The notes: generated by a model from the letters alone, not told the origin. A DNA stretch of 24,000 bases from Tamlana flava (GCF_041287255.1 NZ_JBGGTX010000002.1:44134-68133), one strand, 5' to 3'; counted from the stretch's first letter, positions 1 through 8,634 are shown. Numbers and translations: made by a program.

Positions 1-1
1 A

Positions 2-82
2 GGAGATGAATACACACAAGCCTTTGGAACAGGATTTATAGGCTCCATGTATTATGTCTCTTGGATAATTAACAATCTATAA
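2..82 (+). CDS. 3' end of an unidentified upstream CDS (C-terminal 26 aa ...GDEYTQAFGTGFIGSMYYVSWIINNL*)
   Basis: Frame 2 is open from the window edge to TAA at 80-82. A strong rho-independent terminator follows about 25 nt later. The fragment is too short to identify. Confidence 0.3.
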   Translation, partial: GDEYTQAFGTGFIGSMYYVSWIINNL

Positions 83-106
83 ATACCTCTAGAAAATTTA
101 ACTAAA

Positions 107-134
107 ACACCTTCAAATTGAAGGTGTTTTTTTA
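107..134 (+). terminator. Rho-independent terminator of the upstream gene
   Basis: Perfect 9-bp stem ACACCTTCA (107-115) / TGAAGGTGT (119-127) with a 3-nt loop, followed by a T-run. Confidence 0.75.
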
Positions 135-180
135 TTCTAAAAAACCTAAAAAAACAACTTTTATTTTAAATTAAAAGATA

Positions 181-188
181 TATCTTTG
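181..188 (+). promoter_or_regulatory. Candidate Bacteroidota -7 promoter box (TATCTTTG = TAnnTTTG) for atpDC
   Basis: Exact match to the TAnnTTTG consensus, about 60 nt upstream of the atpD ATG and downstream of the preceding terminator. Confidence 0.4.
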
Positions 189-245
189 CAGCCGAAAACT
201 TAGATTGTTTTCCAACAATTAAATCGCATAATATTAAACACATAA

Positions 246-1757
<1,512 letters not shown>

Positions 1758-1799
1758 AACAGCTTAAAGCTATAAGCTTAAAGCCTAAAGCATTAAACT

Positions 1800-2078
1800 A
1801 TGTACTTAGAAATTGTATCACCAGAAGCAACCTTATTTAGCGGCGAAGTAGATTCTGTAGCTGTACCAGGAGTAAACGGTGAGTTTCAAATGTTAAATAA
1901 TCACGCGCCTATTGTTTCTTTATTAAAAGAAGGTGTTGTAAAGATTTTTGGAAACATTGAATTGGATGAAGAGGTTCAGGATAAATTTACCAAAGGAGAC
2001 AAAAGCACTACTTTATTAAATATAAATTCTGGAACAATAGAAATGAAAGATAACAAAGTAATAGTATTAGCTGATTAA
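1800..2078 (+). CDS. atpC: F1 ATP synthase epsilon subunit, short form (beta-sandwich domain only)
   Basis: Lies immediately downstream of atpD. The N-terminus MYLEIVSPEATLFSGEVDSVAVPGVNGEFQMLNNHAP is typical of epsilon. It is 92 aa. Confidence 0.9.
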   Translation: MYLEIVSPEATLFSGEVDSVAVPGVNGEFQMLNNHAPIVSLLKEGVVKIFGNIELDEEVQDKFTKGDKSTTLLNINSGTIEMKDNKVIVLAD

Positions 2079-2099
2079 GCACTTTACTTTTAGAATATA

Positions 2100-2134
2100 A
2101 AAAAACGCAAAACTTAAGTTTTGCGTTTTTTTTA
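2100..2134. terminator. Bidirectional rho-independent terminator between atpC (+) and the LexA-like gene (-)
   Basis: 9-bp stem ACGCAAAAC (2105-2113) / GTTTTGCGT (2118-2126) with loop TTAA. It is flanked by an A-run on the left and a T-run on the right. It overlaps the stop codon of the minus-strand gene. Confidence 0.75.
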
Positions 2135-2902
2135 TGCCTTATTTTTTATCGATTCCAACTCTACCCTCAATTCCTGAAACATATTCATAATACTGCTTAA
2201 CTTTAGTTCATCCTTATCATATTCTTGGGTATTAATACAGCAGGTAAATTCCCAAATCTCAATAATATCCTCCATTTTAACATCAAATGGCTGGTATGCT
2301 TTATTATCTGAATGCAACTCCAAACAGCCTTTCTCTTTAATTTTATTGTACAACCGTTTATATACCAGTCCATCATTTTTGGTAAGCACAATATAAGTCC
2401 TCCCATCTTTTACATCAGTGATGTCATCAACAAATTTGGCAACGACAAACGAGCCTTCCTTTACGGGTAACATAGAATCACCACTTATTGGAAAGGCTCG
2501 ATGTGTTCCTGTGGGTAAAAAAGGTAATTTTATTTTTTGAAGCTGCTCAATATACTCGGGGTCGGCATAACCTTGTAAGTAACCCGCCGAAGCCTTGGCC
2601 GGTATAATTTCTATTAAATCTTCATTAGCTTCATTAACGGTTACGGGGAATAACACACGCTTATTTCCCACTTCTATAAATGAAGTGTCCTTTGCCAAAC
2701 GCAAATCATTTTTCACTAAAATATCTATGGGAATATTAAAATAGTTCGACAACTCGATCAAACGGTCTATTGGCGGTTCAGAGCGCCCTTCTTCATAAGA
2801 ACCAACCATGGAACGTGTCCATTTTAACTCTTCGGCAAAACGCTCTTGTGAAAACTTTTTAAGCTTTCGTAAATGTTTTATGTTGGACTGGATGTACTTC
2901 AT
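2132..2902 (-). CDS. XRE-type HTH / S24 peptidase repressor (non-canonical LexA-like / CI-like)
   Basis: The N-terminal XRE HTH is LRKLKKFSQERFAEELKWTRSMVGSYEEGRSEP. The candidate cleavage site is Ala106-Gly107 (KASAGY). The catalytic Ser143 lies in GDSM and Lys182 in VYKRL, with spacing like E. coli LexA. The gene is divergent from the polymerase genes. Confidence 0.85.
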   Translation of the reverse strand: MKYIQSNIKHLRKLKKFSQERFAEELKWTRSMVGSYEEGRSEPPIDRLIELSNYFNIPIDILVKNDLRLAKDTSFIEVGNKRVLFPVTVNEANEDLIEIIPAKASAGYLQGYADPEYIEQLQKIKLPFLPTGTHRAFPISGDSMLPVKEGSFVVAKFVDDITDVKDGRTYIVLTKNDGLVYKRLYNKIKEKGCLELHSDNKAYQPFDVKMEDIIEIWEFTCCINTQEYDKDELKLSSIMNMFQELRVELESIKNKA

Positions 2903-2922
2903 TCAAAAATAAACTTTAACAT

Positions 2923-2937
2923 TATTTGCTACAAATA
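2923..2937. promoter_or_regulatory. 15-bp palindrome TATTTG-CTA-CAAATA, a candidate operator over the LexA-like gene promoter
   Basis: Perfect 6-bp arms with a 3-bp spacer. It overlaps the minus-strand -7 box at 2932-2939. Statistical support is weak in AT-rich DNA. Confidence 0.35.
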
Positions 2938-2939
2938 TA
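2932..2939 (-). promoter_or_regulatory. Candidate -7 box (TATATTTG on the minus strand) for the LexA-like gene
   Basis: Plus-strand CAAATATA is the reverse complement of TATATTTG, an exact TAnnTTTG match. It lies about 30 nt upstream of the ATG at 2902. Confidence 0.4.
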
Positions 2940-2954
2940 AGCAATAAAAACTAC

Positions 2955-2969
2955 AATTAGTAGCTAATT
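2955..2969. promoter_or_regulatory. 15-bp palindrome AATTAG-TAG-CTAATT, a candidate operator over the dnaE2-like promoter
   Basis: Perfect 6-bp arms with a 3-bp spacer. The architecture matches 2923-2937 and the centres are 32 bp apart. It overlaps the plus-strand -7 box at 2965-2972. Confidence 0.35.
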
Positions 2970-2972
2970 TTG
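2965..2972 (+). promoter_or_regulatory. Candidate -7 box (TAATTTTG) for the dnaE2-like/polIV operon
   Basis: Exact TAnnTTTG match ending 7 nt before the ATG at 2980. This implies a very short or absent leader. Confidence 0.4.
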
Positions 2973-2979
2973 TAATCCT

Positions 2980-5900
2980 ATGTATTTAAACTGTCACACA
3001 TATTACAGCTTGCGGTATGGCACAATTAAGCCAGAAAAACTTCTTGCTATTGCCTGTAAAAATGGTTTGCAAACATTAGCCTTAACCGATATAAACAACA
3101 CATCGGCTTGTTTGGATTTTGTAAGGCTATCTGAAAAATATAAAATAAAACCTGTGTTGGGCATCGATTTTAGAAATGGCGCACAGCAACAATTCATTTT
3201 ACTGGCAAAAAACAATGAAGGGTTTCAAAACATAAATGCTTATCTATCTATATATTTACACAACAATAATCTAAAAATCCCTGAAAGAGCACCCCAATTA
3301 GAGCATACCTTTGTTATTTACCCTTATCAACATCACAAAAATTTCGAATTAAGGGAGAATGAATTTCTGGGCATTAAACCAAAGGATTTAAACAAGCTCA
3401 AATTCTCTAAATGGAATAACTTCCGAAGCAAGCTAGTGGTGCTCCAAACGGTTTCCTTTGAGACAAAAAAAGATTTTAATACACACCGTTTGCTGCGCGC
3501 CATAGACAATAACACCTTATTGAGCAAGCTTCCAAAAAGTGAAGAAGGTAAGCCCTCAGATAGAATGCTTCTGCATGATGAATTGTATGAAACCTATCAG
3601 GAATTTCCAGAGCTTCTTGATAACACCTCAACTATTTTAAATGATTGTAGCATTGCATTTGATTTTTCACAGAAAACACCAAACAATCAAAAATCATTTA
3701 CTGAAAGTGAAGCGTCTGATTACCAATTGCTGGAGAAATTAACTTATGAAGGATTGCCCTATCGCTATGAAAACCCCACGGAAATCATTTATAACCGCAT
3801 TGAAAAAGAGCTTAAAATCATTAAAGAAAAAGGCTTTGTGTCTTATTTCCTTATCAATTGGAAAATTATAACGTACGCCCAAAGCAAAGGTTACTTTTAT
3901 GTTGGCCGTGGTAGTGGCGCGAATAGTATTGTGGCTTATCTACTCCGAATTACTGATGTAGACCCCATAGAACTCGATTTATATTTTGAACGGTTCATTA
4001 ATTTATTCCGGAAAAATCCACCTGATTTTGATATTGATTTTTCATGGACCGACCGTGACGATATTACCAATTTTATTTTTAAAACCTTTAAAAACACAGC
4101 GCTTTTAACCGTATACAATACTTTTAAGTTTAAGGCGTCGGTACGCGAATTAGGAAAAGTGTTCGGTTTGCCCAAAACCGAAATGGATGTGCTTACCCGT
4201 GGGCATTACAACGTAAACGATTTGGATAAATTATCGCAACTTGTATTAATATATAGTAAATATATTCAAGGATTTCCAAACTATCTGGGCATTCATGCTA
4301 GTGGTATTATTATTTCAGAAAAACCAATTCATTATTACACCGCTACCTTTTTGCCCCCTAAAGGCTATGCCACAACACAATTTGATATGATAGTTGCGGA
4401 AGATATTGGACTTTATAAATTTGATATTTTAAGTCAGCGTGGATTGGGAAAAATTAAAGATGCAGTAGAAATTGTAAAGTACAACCATCCCGAAAAAAAA
4501 CCTATAGATATTCATAATATCAAACGTTTCAAACAAGATGAACGCATAAAATATATGCTCAGAAACGCCAAAGCCATTGGTTGTTTTTATGTAGAATCGC
4601 CCGCCATGCGCATGTTGCTTAAAAAGCTGCAAGTAGACACCTATTTGGGCTTGGTTGCGGCCAGTTCCATTATACGTCCAGGTGTTGCAAAATCAGGAAT
4701 GATGCGCGAGTATATTTTACGTTATCGGTATCCCGAACGCTGTAAAAATGGCCATCCGGTTTTACTTAAAATCATGCCCGAAACTTATGGTGTTATGGTG
4801 TATCAGGAAGACGTTATTAAAGTTGCCCATATTTTTGGCGGATTATCTTTAGGTGAAGCTGACAAATTACGCCGAGGTATGTCGGGCAAGTTCCGTTCGC
4901 GCGATGAATTTCTAGCCGTAAAAGACTTATTTTTTGAAAACTGCAGAAAAAAAGGAGAACCCGAAACGGTGATTAATGAAATTTGGAACCAGATAGAAAG
5001 CTTTGCCGGTTATGCTTTTGCAAAAGGGCACTCAGCTTCTTATGCCGTAGAAAGCTATCAAAGTTTGTTTTTAAAAGCTTATTTTCCGTTGGAATATATG
5101 GTAGCCACCATTAATAATTTTGGTGGTTTTTACCGAACCGAACTGTATGTACACGAGGCAAGAATGCATGGCGGCATTATTGAAGCGCCTTGTGTCAATA
5201 TAAGCTTTAATGAAGCCATCATTAAAGACAAAACCATTTATTTGGGCTTTATTTTACTGCATGCTTTAGAAACAAAAACCATAAAAAAAATTATTGCTGA
5301 ACGTCAAAAAAATGGGGTTTTTAAAAGTTTGGATGATTTTATTGAACGCATTCCTATTTCTGTAGAACAAATCTCTATACTTATAAAAATCAATGCATTT
5401 CGTTTTACGGGAATCAATAAACGAGAATTGCTTTGGGAAGCACATTTAAAAATTAGCAAAACCATAGTTGAGGAGCATATTATAAAGTTGTTTAAAACCG
5501 AACGAATAAACTACAAAACGCCAAAACTTTCAAGTACCGATTTAGAGAATGCCTTTGATGAAATGGAGCTTTTGGGTTTCCCGTTATGCAACCCGTTTCA
5601 TTTATTGCAAACACCCACATCAAACCCTTTGCGGGCGAAAAATTTAATCGATTTTCAAAACAAAACCATCACTATTGAAGTTTATTTGGTAGCTACAAAA
5701 AACACCAAAACATCCAATGGAAAAAGCATGCACTTCGGCACGTTTTTAGACTACGATGGCGATTTTATCGATACGGTACACTTTCCGCCAATAGCGGCAA
5801 AATATCCATTCCGTGGAAAAGGCATTTATACCGTTACCGGAAAAGTAATGGTGGAGTTTGATTGTGTGACTATTGAAGTTTCAAGCATGGAACGTGCTGC

Positions 5901-6048
5901 CGTTATTGAAGACCCGCGTTATGCCGTAAATTCTTTGAATCACACCTTTCAGAATAAAAAAAGTTTTGCCGACCATAAAGCAAACCAGCTATCGCCCATG
6001 TTGCCGAAAACATTGGGGCATGCCCAACAAATTTATAATAATCAATAA
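2980..6048 (+). CDS. dnaE2: Error-prone DNA polymerase III alpha-like (DnaE2-type)
   Basis: 1022 aa. The N-terminal PHP start is MYLNCHTYYSLRYGT. Pol III alpha core motifs present are GRGSGANSIVAYLLRITDVDP, PDFDIDF, FESFAGYAFAKGHSASYA and YQEDV. It sits beside a LexA-like repressor and a Y-family polymerase. Confidence 0.85.
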   Translation: MYLNCHTYYSLRYGTIKPEKLLAIACKNGLQTLALTDINNTSACLDFVRLSEKYKIKPVLGIDFRNGAQQQFILLAKNNEGFQNINAYLSIYLHNNNLKIPERAPQLEHTFVIYPYQHHKNFELRENEFLGIKPKDLNKLKFSKWNNFRSKLVVLQTVSFETKKDFNTHRLLRAIDNNTLLSKLPKSEEGKPSDRMLLHDELYETYQEFPELLDNTSTILNDCSIAFDFSQKTPNNQKSFTESEASDYQLLEKLTYEGLPYRYENPTEIIYNRIEKELKIIKEKGFVSYFLINWKIITYAQSKGYFYVGRGSGANSIVAYLLRITDVDPIELDLYFERFINLFRKNPPDFDIDFSWTDRDDITNFIFKTFKNTALLTVYNTFKFKASVRELGKVFGLPKTEMDVLTRGHYNVNDLDKLSQLVLIYSKYIQGFPNYLGIHASGIIISEKPIHYYTATFLPPKGYATTQFDMIVAEDIGLYKFDILSQRGLGKIKDAVEIVKYNHPEKKPIDIHNIKRFKQDERIKYMLRNAKAIGCFYVESPAMRMLLKKLQVDTYLGLVAASSIIRPGVAKSGMMREYILRYRYPERCKNGHPVLLKIMPETYGVMVYQEDVIKVAHIFGGLSLGEADKLRRGMSGKFRSRDEFLAVKDLFFENCRKKGEPETVINEIWNQIESFAGYAFAKGHSASYAVESYQSLFLKAYFPLEYMVATINNFGGFYRTELYVHEARMHGGIIEAPCVNISFNEAIIKDKTIYLGFILLHALETKTIKKIIAERQKNGVFKSLDDFIERIPISVEQISILIKINAFRFTGINKRELLWEAHLKISKTIVEEHIIKLFKTERINYKTPKLSSTDLENAFDEMELLGFPLCNPFHLLQTPTSNPLRAKNLIDFQNKTITIEVYLVATKNTKTSNGKSMHFGTFLDYDGDFIDTVHFPPIAAKYPFRGKGIYTVTGKVMVEFDCVTIEVSSMERAAVIEDPRYAVNSLNHTFQNKKSFADHKANQLSPMLPKTLGHAQQIYNNQ

Positions 6049-6065
6049 GATTAACGCTGTTCTTT

Positions 6066-7283
6066 ATGGGTTACGACCGCTCTATAGTGCACATGGATTT
6101 AGACACATTCTTCGTGTCCTGCGAACGTCTGCTTGATAGTCGATTAATTGGCAAACCCGTACTTATTGGTGGCACTTCCGATAGAGGTGTTGTGGCCTCT
6201 TGTAGCTATGAGGCCCGAAAATTTGGCGTACACTCGGCAATGCCCATGCGCATGGCTAAAATGCTGTGCCCAGAAGCCATCATACTTCGCGGGAATTCTG
6301 GTATTTATACTAAATTTTCACAAAATGTTACTGAAGTTATAAAAGAAACCGTGCCTTTATATGAGAAGACATCCATTGATGAATTCTACATCGACCTCAC
6401 AGGCATGGATAAGTTTTTTGGCTGCCATAAATTGGCTTCAGAACTACGCCAACGTATTATAAAAGAAACCGGGTTGCCCATTTCGTTTGGGCTATCCATC
6501 AACAAAACAGTTTCTAAGATTGCTACTGGAGAAGCCAAACCCAACAATGAAATACGCATTATTTCAGGCACCGAGAAACCATTTTTGGCACCACTTTCAG
6601 TAAAAAAAATACCCATGGTTGGTAATGTTACCTACAAAGCGTTGTGTGATTTAGGGGTAAAACGCATTAAAACTGTGCAAGATATGCCCATGGAACTGAT
6701 GCACCGCGTATTGGGAAAGAATGGATTGAGCATCTGGAAAAAAGCAAATGGCATAGACAACACGCCTGTAATTCAATACCATGAGCGTAAATCTATTTCA
6801 ACCGAACGCACTTTTAACAAAGACACCACCGATGTTGACAAACTAAAAGGCATCATCATTGCCATGGCCGAAAATTTAGCCTACCAATTGCGTCGAGGTA
6901 ATAAATTAACAGCTTGCATTACTTTTAAAATTCGGTATTCCGATTTTCAAACGTACACACAACAACAACGTATTCCATATAGCGCTATGGACCACACTAT
7001 TATTCCCGTGGTTTTGGATTTATACAGAAAACTGTATAACCGCCGACTTTTAGTACGACTTATAGGTGTGAAATTTAGCCACTTAGTTGAAGGCGGGCAT
7101 CAAATAAATCTTTTTGAAGACAACGAAAAACAACTACATTTAAGTCAGGCCATTGATAAAATGCGTGAACGCTATGGCGATAGAGCTGTTATAAACGCCG
7201 CAGGAATGGAAGCCAAGAGCATCAGTAGATGGAACCCGTTTACAGGGGAACCGCCTCCTTTATTGGCCAATAGGCGGCAGTAA
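6066..7283 (+). CDS. dinB: Y-family DNA polymerase IV
   Basis: HMDLDTFFVSCE and SIDEFYIDLT retain the catalytic Asp/Asp-Glu residues. A QINLF clamp-binding-like motif is encoded at 7101-7115. The gap after the dnaE2-like gene is 17 bp. Confidence 0.9.
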   Translation: MGYDRSIVHMDLDTFFVSCERLLDSRLIGKPVLIGGTSDRGVVASCSYEARKFGVHSAMPMRMAKMLCPEAIILRGNSGIYTKFSQNVTEVIKETVPLYEKTSIDEFYIDLTGMDKFFGCHKLASELRQRIIKETGLPISFGLSINKTVSKIATGEAKPNNEIRIISGTEKPFLAPLSVKKIPMVGNVTYKALCDLGVKRIKTVQDMPMELMHRVLGKNGLSIWKKANGIDNTPVIQYHERKSISTERTFNKDTTDVDKLKGIIIAMAENLAYQLRRGNKLTACITFKIRYSDFQTYTQQQRIPYSAMDHTIIPVVLDLYRKLYNRRLLVRLIGVKFSHLVEGGHQINLFEDNEKQLHLSQAIDKMRERYGDRAVINAAGMEAKSISRWNPFTGEPPPLLANRRQ

Positions 7284-7298
7284 AATTAAGTACAAAGA

Positions 7299-7748
7299 TT
7301 AAAACAACTTGCCTTTTTCTAAAATAGCATAGCCTGTACGCTTATAAAACACCTTTTTGCCATTGGCACAAAACGTATAACTGCCAGTCGATTTCTTTTC
7401 TGAGACGGATAAAAGCAACACATCTTCTACGGTACAATCATAATCTTTGGCCACTTTAGCTTTAATATGATCAATGGTAGCACGACCCCTTTTTAACTGG
7501 TCTTGAATTTTTTTGTTCAACTTAGGCTCTTCAAAATCATCCGTTAAGTTACAACCATTTTCAATACTAGGTTCGGGAATTTCATTTTTCTTCACTTGGG
7601 CAACAGGCACCTCAGCATCAATATACTCCCAAGTGTAATCGGCCTTAAGCAACACGCGCCTGCCGTCTTCTGTTTTAACAATATAATTATTCTGCGCAAA
7701 ACTGGTATATGATATAAAGAAAAGCAAAAGGAAAAAACATAGTTTCAT
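7299..7748 (-). CDS. Hypothetical secreted protein (signal peptide MKLCFFLLLFFISYTSFAQ)
   Basis: The ORF has a clear N-terminal signal peptide when started at the ATG at 7748. The track's longer form begins at a TTG at 7781. I recognise no family. Confidence 0.6.
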   Translation of the reverse strand: MKLCFFLLLFFISYTSFAQNNYIVKTEDGRRVLLKADYTWEYIDAEVPVAQVKKNEIPEPSIENGCNLTDDFEEPKLNKKIQDQLKRGRATIDHIKAKVAKDYDCTVEDVLLLSVSEKKSTGSYTFCANGKKVFYKRTGYAILEKGKLF

Positions 7749-7783
7749 AACAAGATTTTTTTGAATAACCCAAAAGTACAACT

Positions 7784-7990
7784 TTAATCTTCAACATACT
7801 CCAAAATATCGGCTGGTTGGCAATCCAAAGCTTTGAAAATAGCCTCAAGCGTTGAAAACCGTACAGCCTTGGCCTTACCGGATTTTAATATGGAAAGGTT
7901 AGCTTCGGTAATTCCGATAATTTCAGCCAACTCTTTACTTTTCATATCCCGCTTGGCAAGTACAACATCAAGATTTACAATAATGGACAT
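7784..7990 (-). CDS. Small XRE-family HTH transcriptional regulator (YozG-like)
   Basis: 68 aa. MSIIVNLDVVLAKRDMKSKELAEIIGITEANLSILKSGKAKAVRFSTLEAI..CQPADILEY is the typical YozG/COG3655-type sequence. It lies 3 nt downstream of a DUF2975-type gene. Confidence 0.85.
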   Translation of the reverse strand: MSIIVNLDVVLAKRDMKSKELAEIIGITEANLSILKSGKAKAVRFSTLEAIFKALDCQPADILEYVED

Positions 7991-7993
7991 GGC

Positions 7994-8521
7994 TTAACTG
8001 GTTAAATCATTTTCTTCTTTTAGCCTTCTTGCGTTGCTAAAAACTTCACTTAATACTTGGAAAAACAAACCAATGGCTATCCAAACAATGCTAAATTGAA
8101 AATTGTATTCAAATTCATGATGATGGGTAAAACCTCCAGGATGGTAAGTCGTGTAATAATAATTGATGGGAATACAAGAGACCAAAATGAACCCGACCCC
8201 AATTAAAATTAAATACTTGCCAATTCTATGAAACAAATTAATAACAACATTATCAAAAACCTTCAATTCTTGGAACAATAAAATGATTTTACGGAAAAGA
8301 AAGAGGCAATAAACTAAAGCCAAATACAGAGCGAATTCCAATAACGAGGAAATAATTAATCCTGCACCTAGTATAGTGCATTGTTTTCGATCATATTCAA
8401 ACCCAGCAGAATTTATCTTGAGCAAGACAACAATAGCAACTACAGGAACAATAATAACAACGGCTATATTAACATAATAAACAATATCTGCAATCAACTT
8501 AAGTAGGTTGAGTTTTTTCAT
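7994..8521 (-). CDS. DUF2975-type multi-pass membrane protein
   Basis: It has four or more hydrophobic segments and the C-terminal RRLKEENDLTS tail typical of DUF2975. It shows the canonical pairing with a YozG-like HTH. The ATG at 8521 (MKKLNLLKL) is preferred over the TTG-extended start at 8551. Confidence 0.75.
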   Translation of the reverse strand: MKKLNLLKLIADIVYYVNIAVVIIVPVVAIVVLLKINSAGFEYDRKQCTILGAGLIISSLLEFALYLALVYCLFLFRKIILLFQELKVFDNVVINLFHRIGKYLILIGVGFILVSCIPINYYYTTYHPGGFTHHHEFEYNFQFSIVWIAIGLFFQVLSEVFSNARRLKEENDLTS

Positions 8522-8530
8522 ATTTAAAAA

Positions 8531-8579
8531 ATTATCGAATAACAATAACAAATATGTAAATATTATCGAATAACAATAA
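8531..8579. repeat. Two perfect 18-bp direct repeats ATTATCGAATAACAATAA (8531-8548 and 8562-8579), with a partial third TTATCG at 8584-8589
   Basis: Read directly from the sequence. The period is 31 bp, then 21 bp to the partial copy. The spacers are unrelated. The repeats lie in the divergent intergenic region between the DUF2975 operon and bioF. Confidence 0.9.
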
Positions 8580-8634
8580 TTTTTTATCGTAAAAAGATAT
8601 TTTAAAACCTGTTAGCTCTTTGTACCTTTACCAT

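Noticed and set aside
1758-1799. AGCTTAAAGC direct repeat (1761-1770 and 1775-1784), with a partial third copy, in the atpD-atpC spacer
   Set aside because: A 10-bp repeat at short range is expected several times by chance in 24 kb of this composition. It has no obvious hairpin or known motif. It is noted only as low-complexity spacer.
6148-6342. Small same-strand or antisense ORFs nested in the polymerase genes (6148-6342, 6386-6616, 3003-3215, 3333-3527, 3936-4175, 4429-4632) and in the TBDR, propeller and JmjC genes
   Set aside because: All are 60-80 aa and lie entirely within well-supported longer frames. They have no motifs or independent signals.
7749-7781. TTG-initiated 5' extensions in the ORF track (7781 for the secreted protein, 8551 for the DUF2975 gene, 8620 for bioF)
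   Set aside because: In each case an ATG a few codons downstream gives the expected N-terminus: a signal peptide, the MKKLNLL membrane start, and the MFPKKLQ BioF start. The extensions run into promoter or repeat DNA.
8531-8579. Possibility that the 18-bp direct repeats form a mini CRISPR array
   Set aside because: There are only two full copies. The repeats are much shorter than typical CRISPR repeats, the spacer is 13 bp, and no cas genes or leader are present. They fit regulator-binding sites better.
8552-8634. BirA-type biotin operator upstream of bioF
   Set aside because: I looked for an inverted repeat of the E. coli bioO type (TTGTAAACC-N14/15-GGTTTACAA, from memory). Only an isolated AAACC is present, with no partner half-site.
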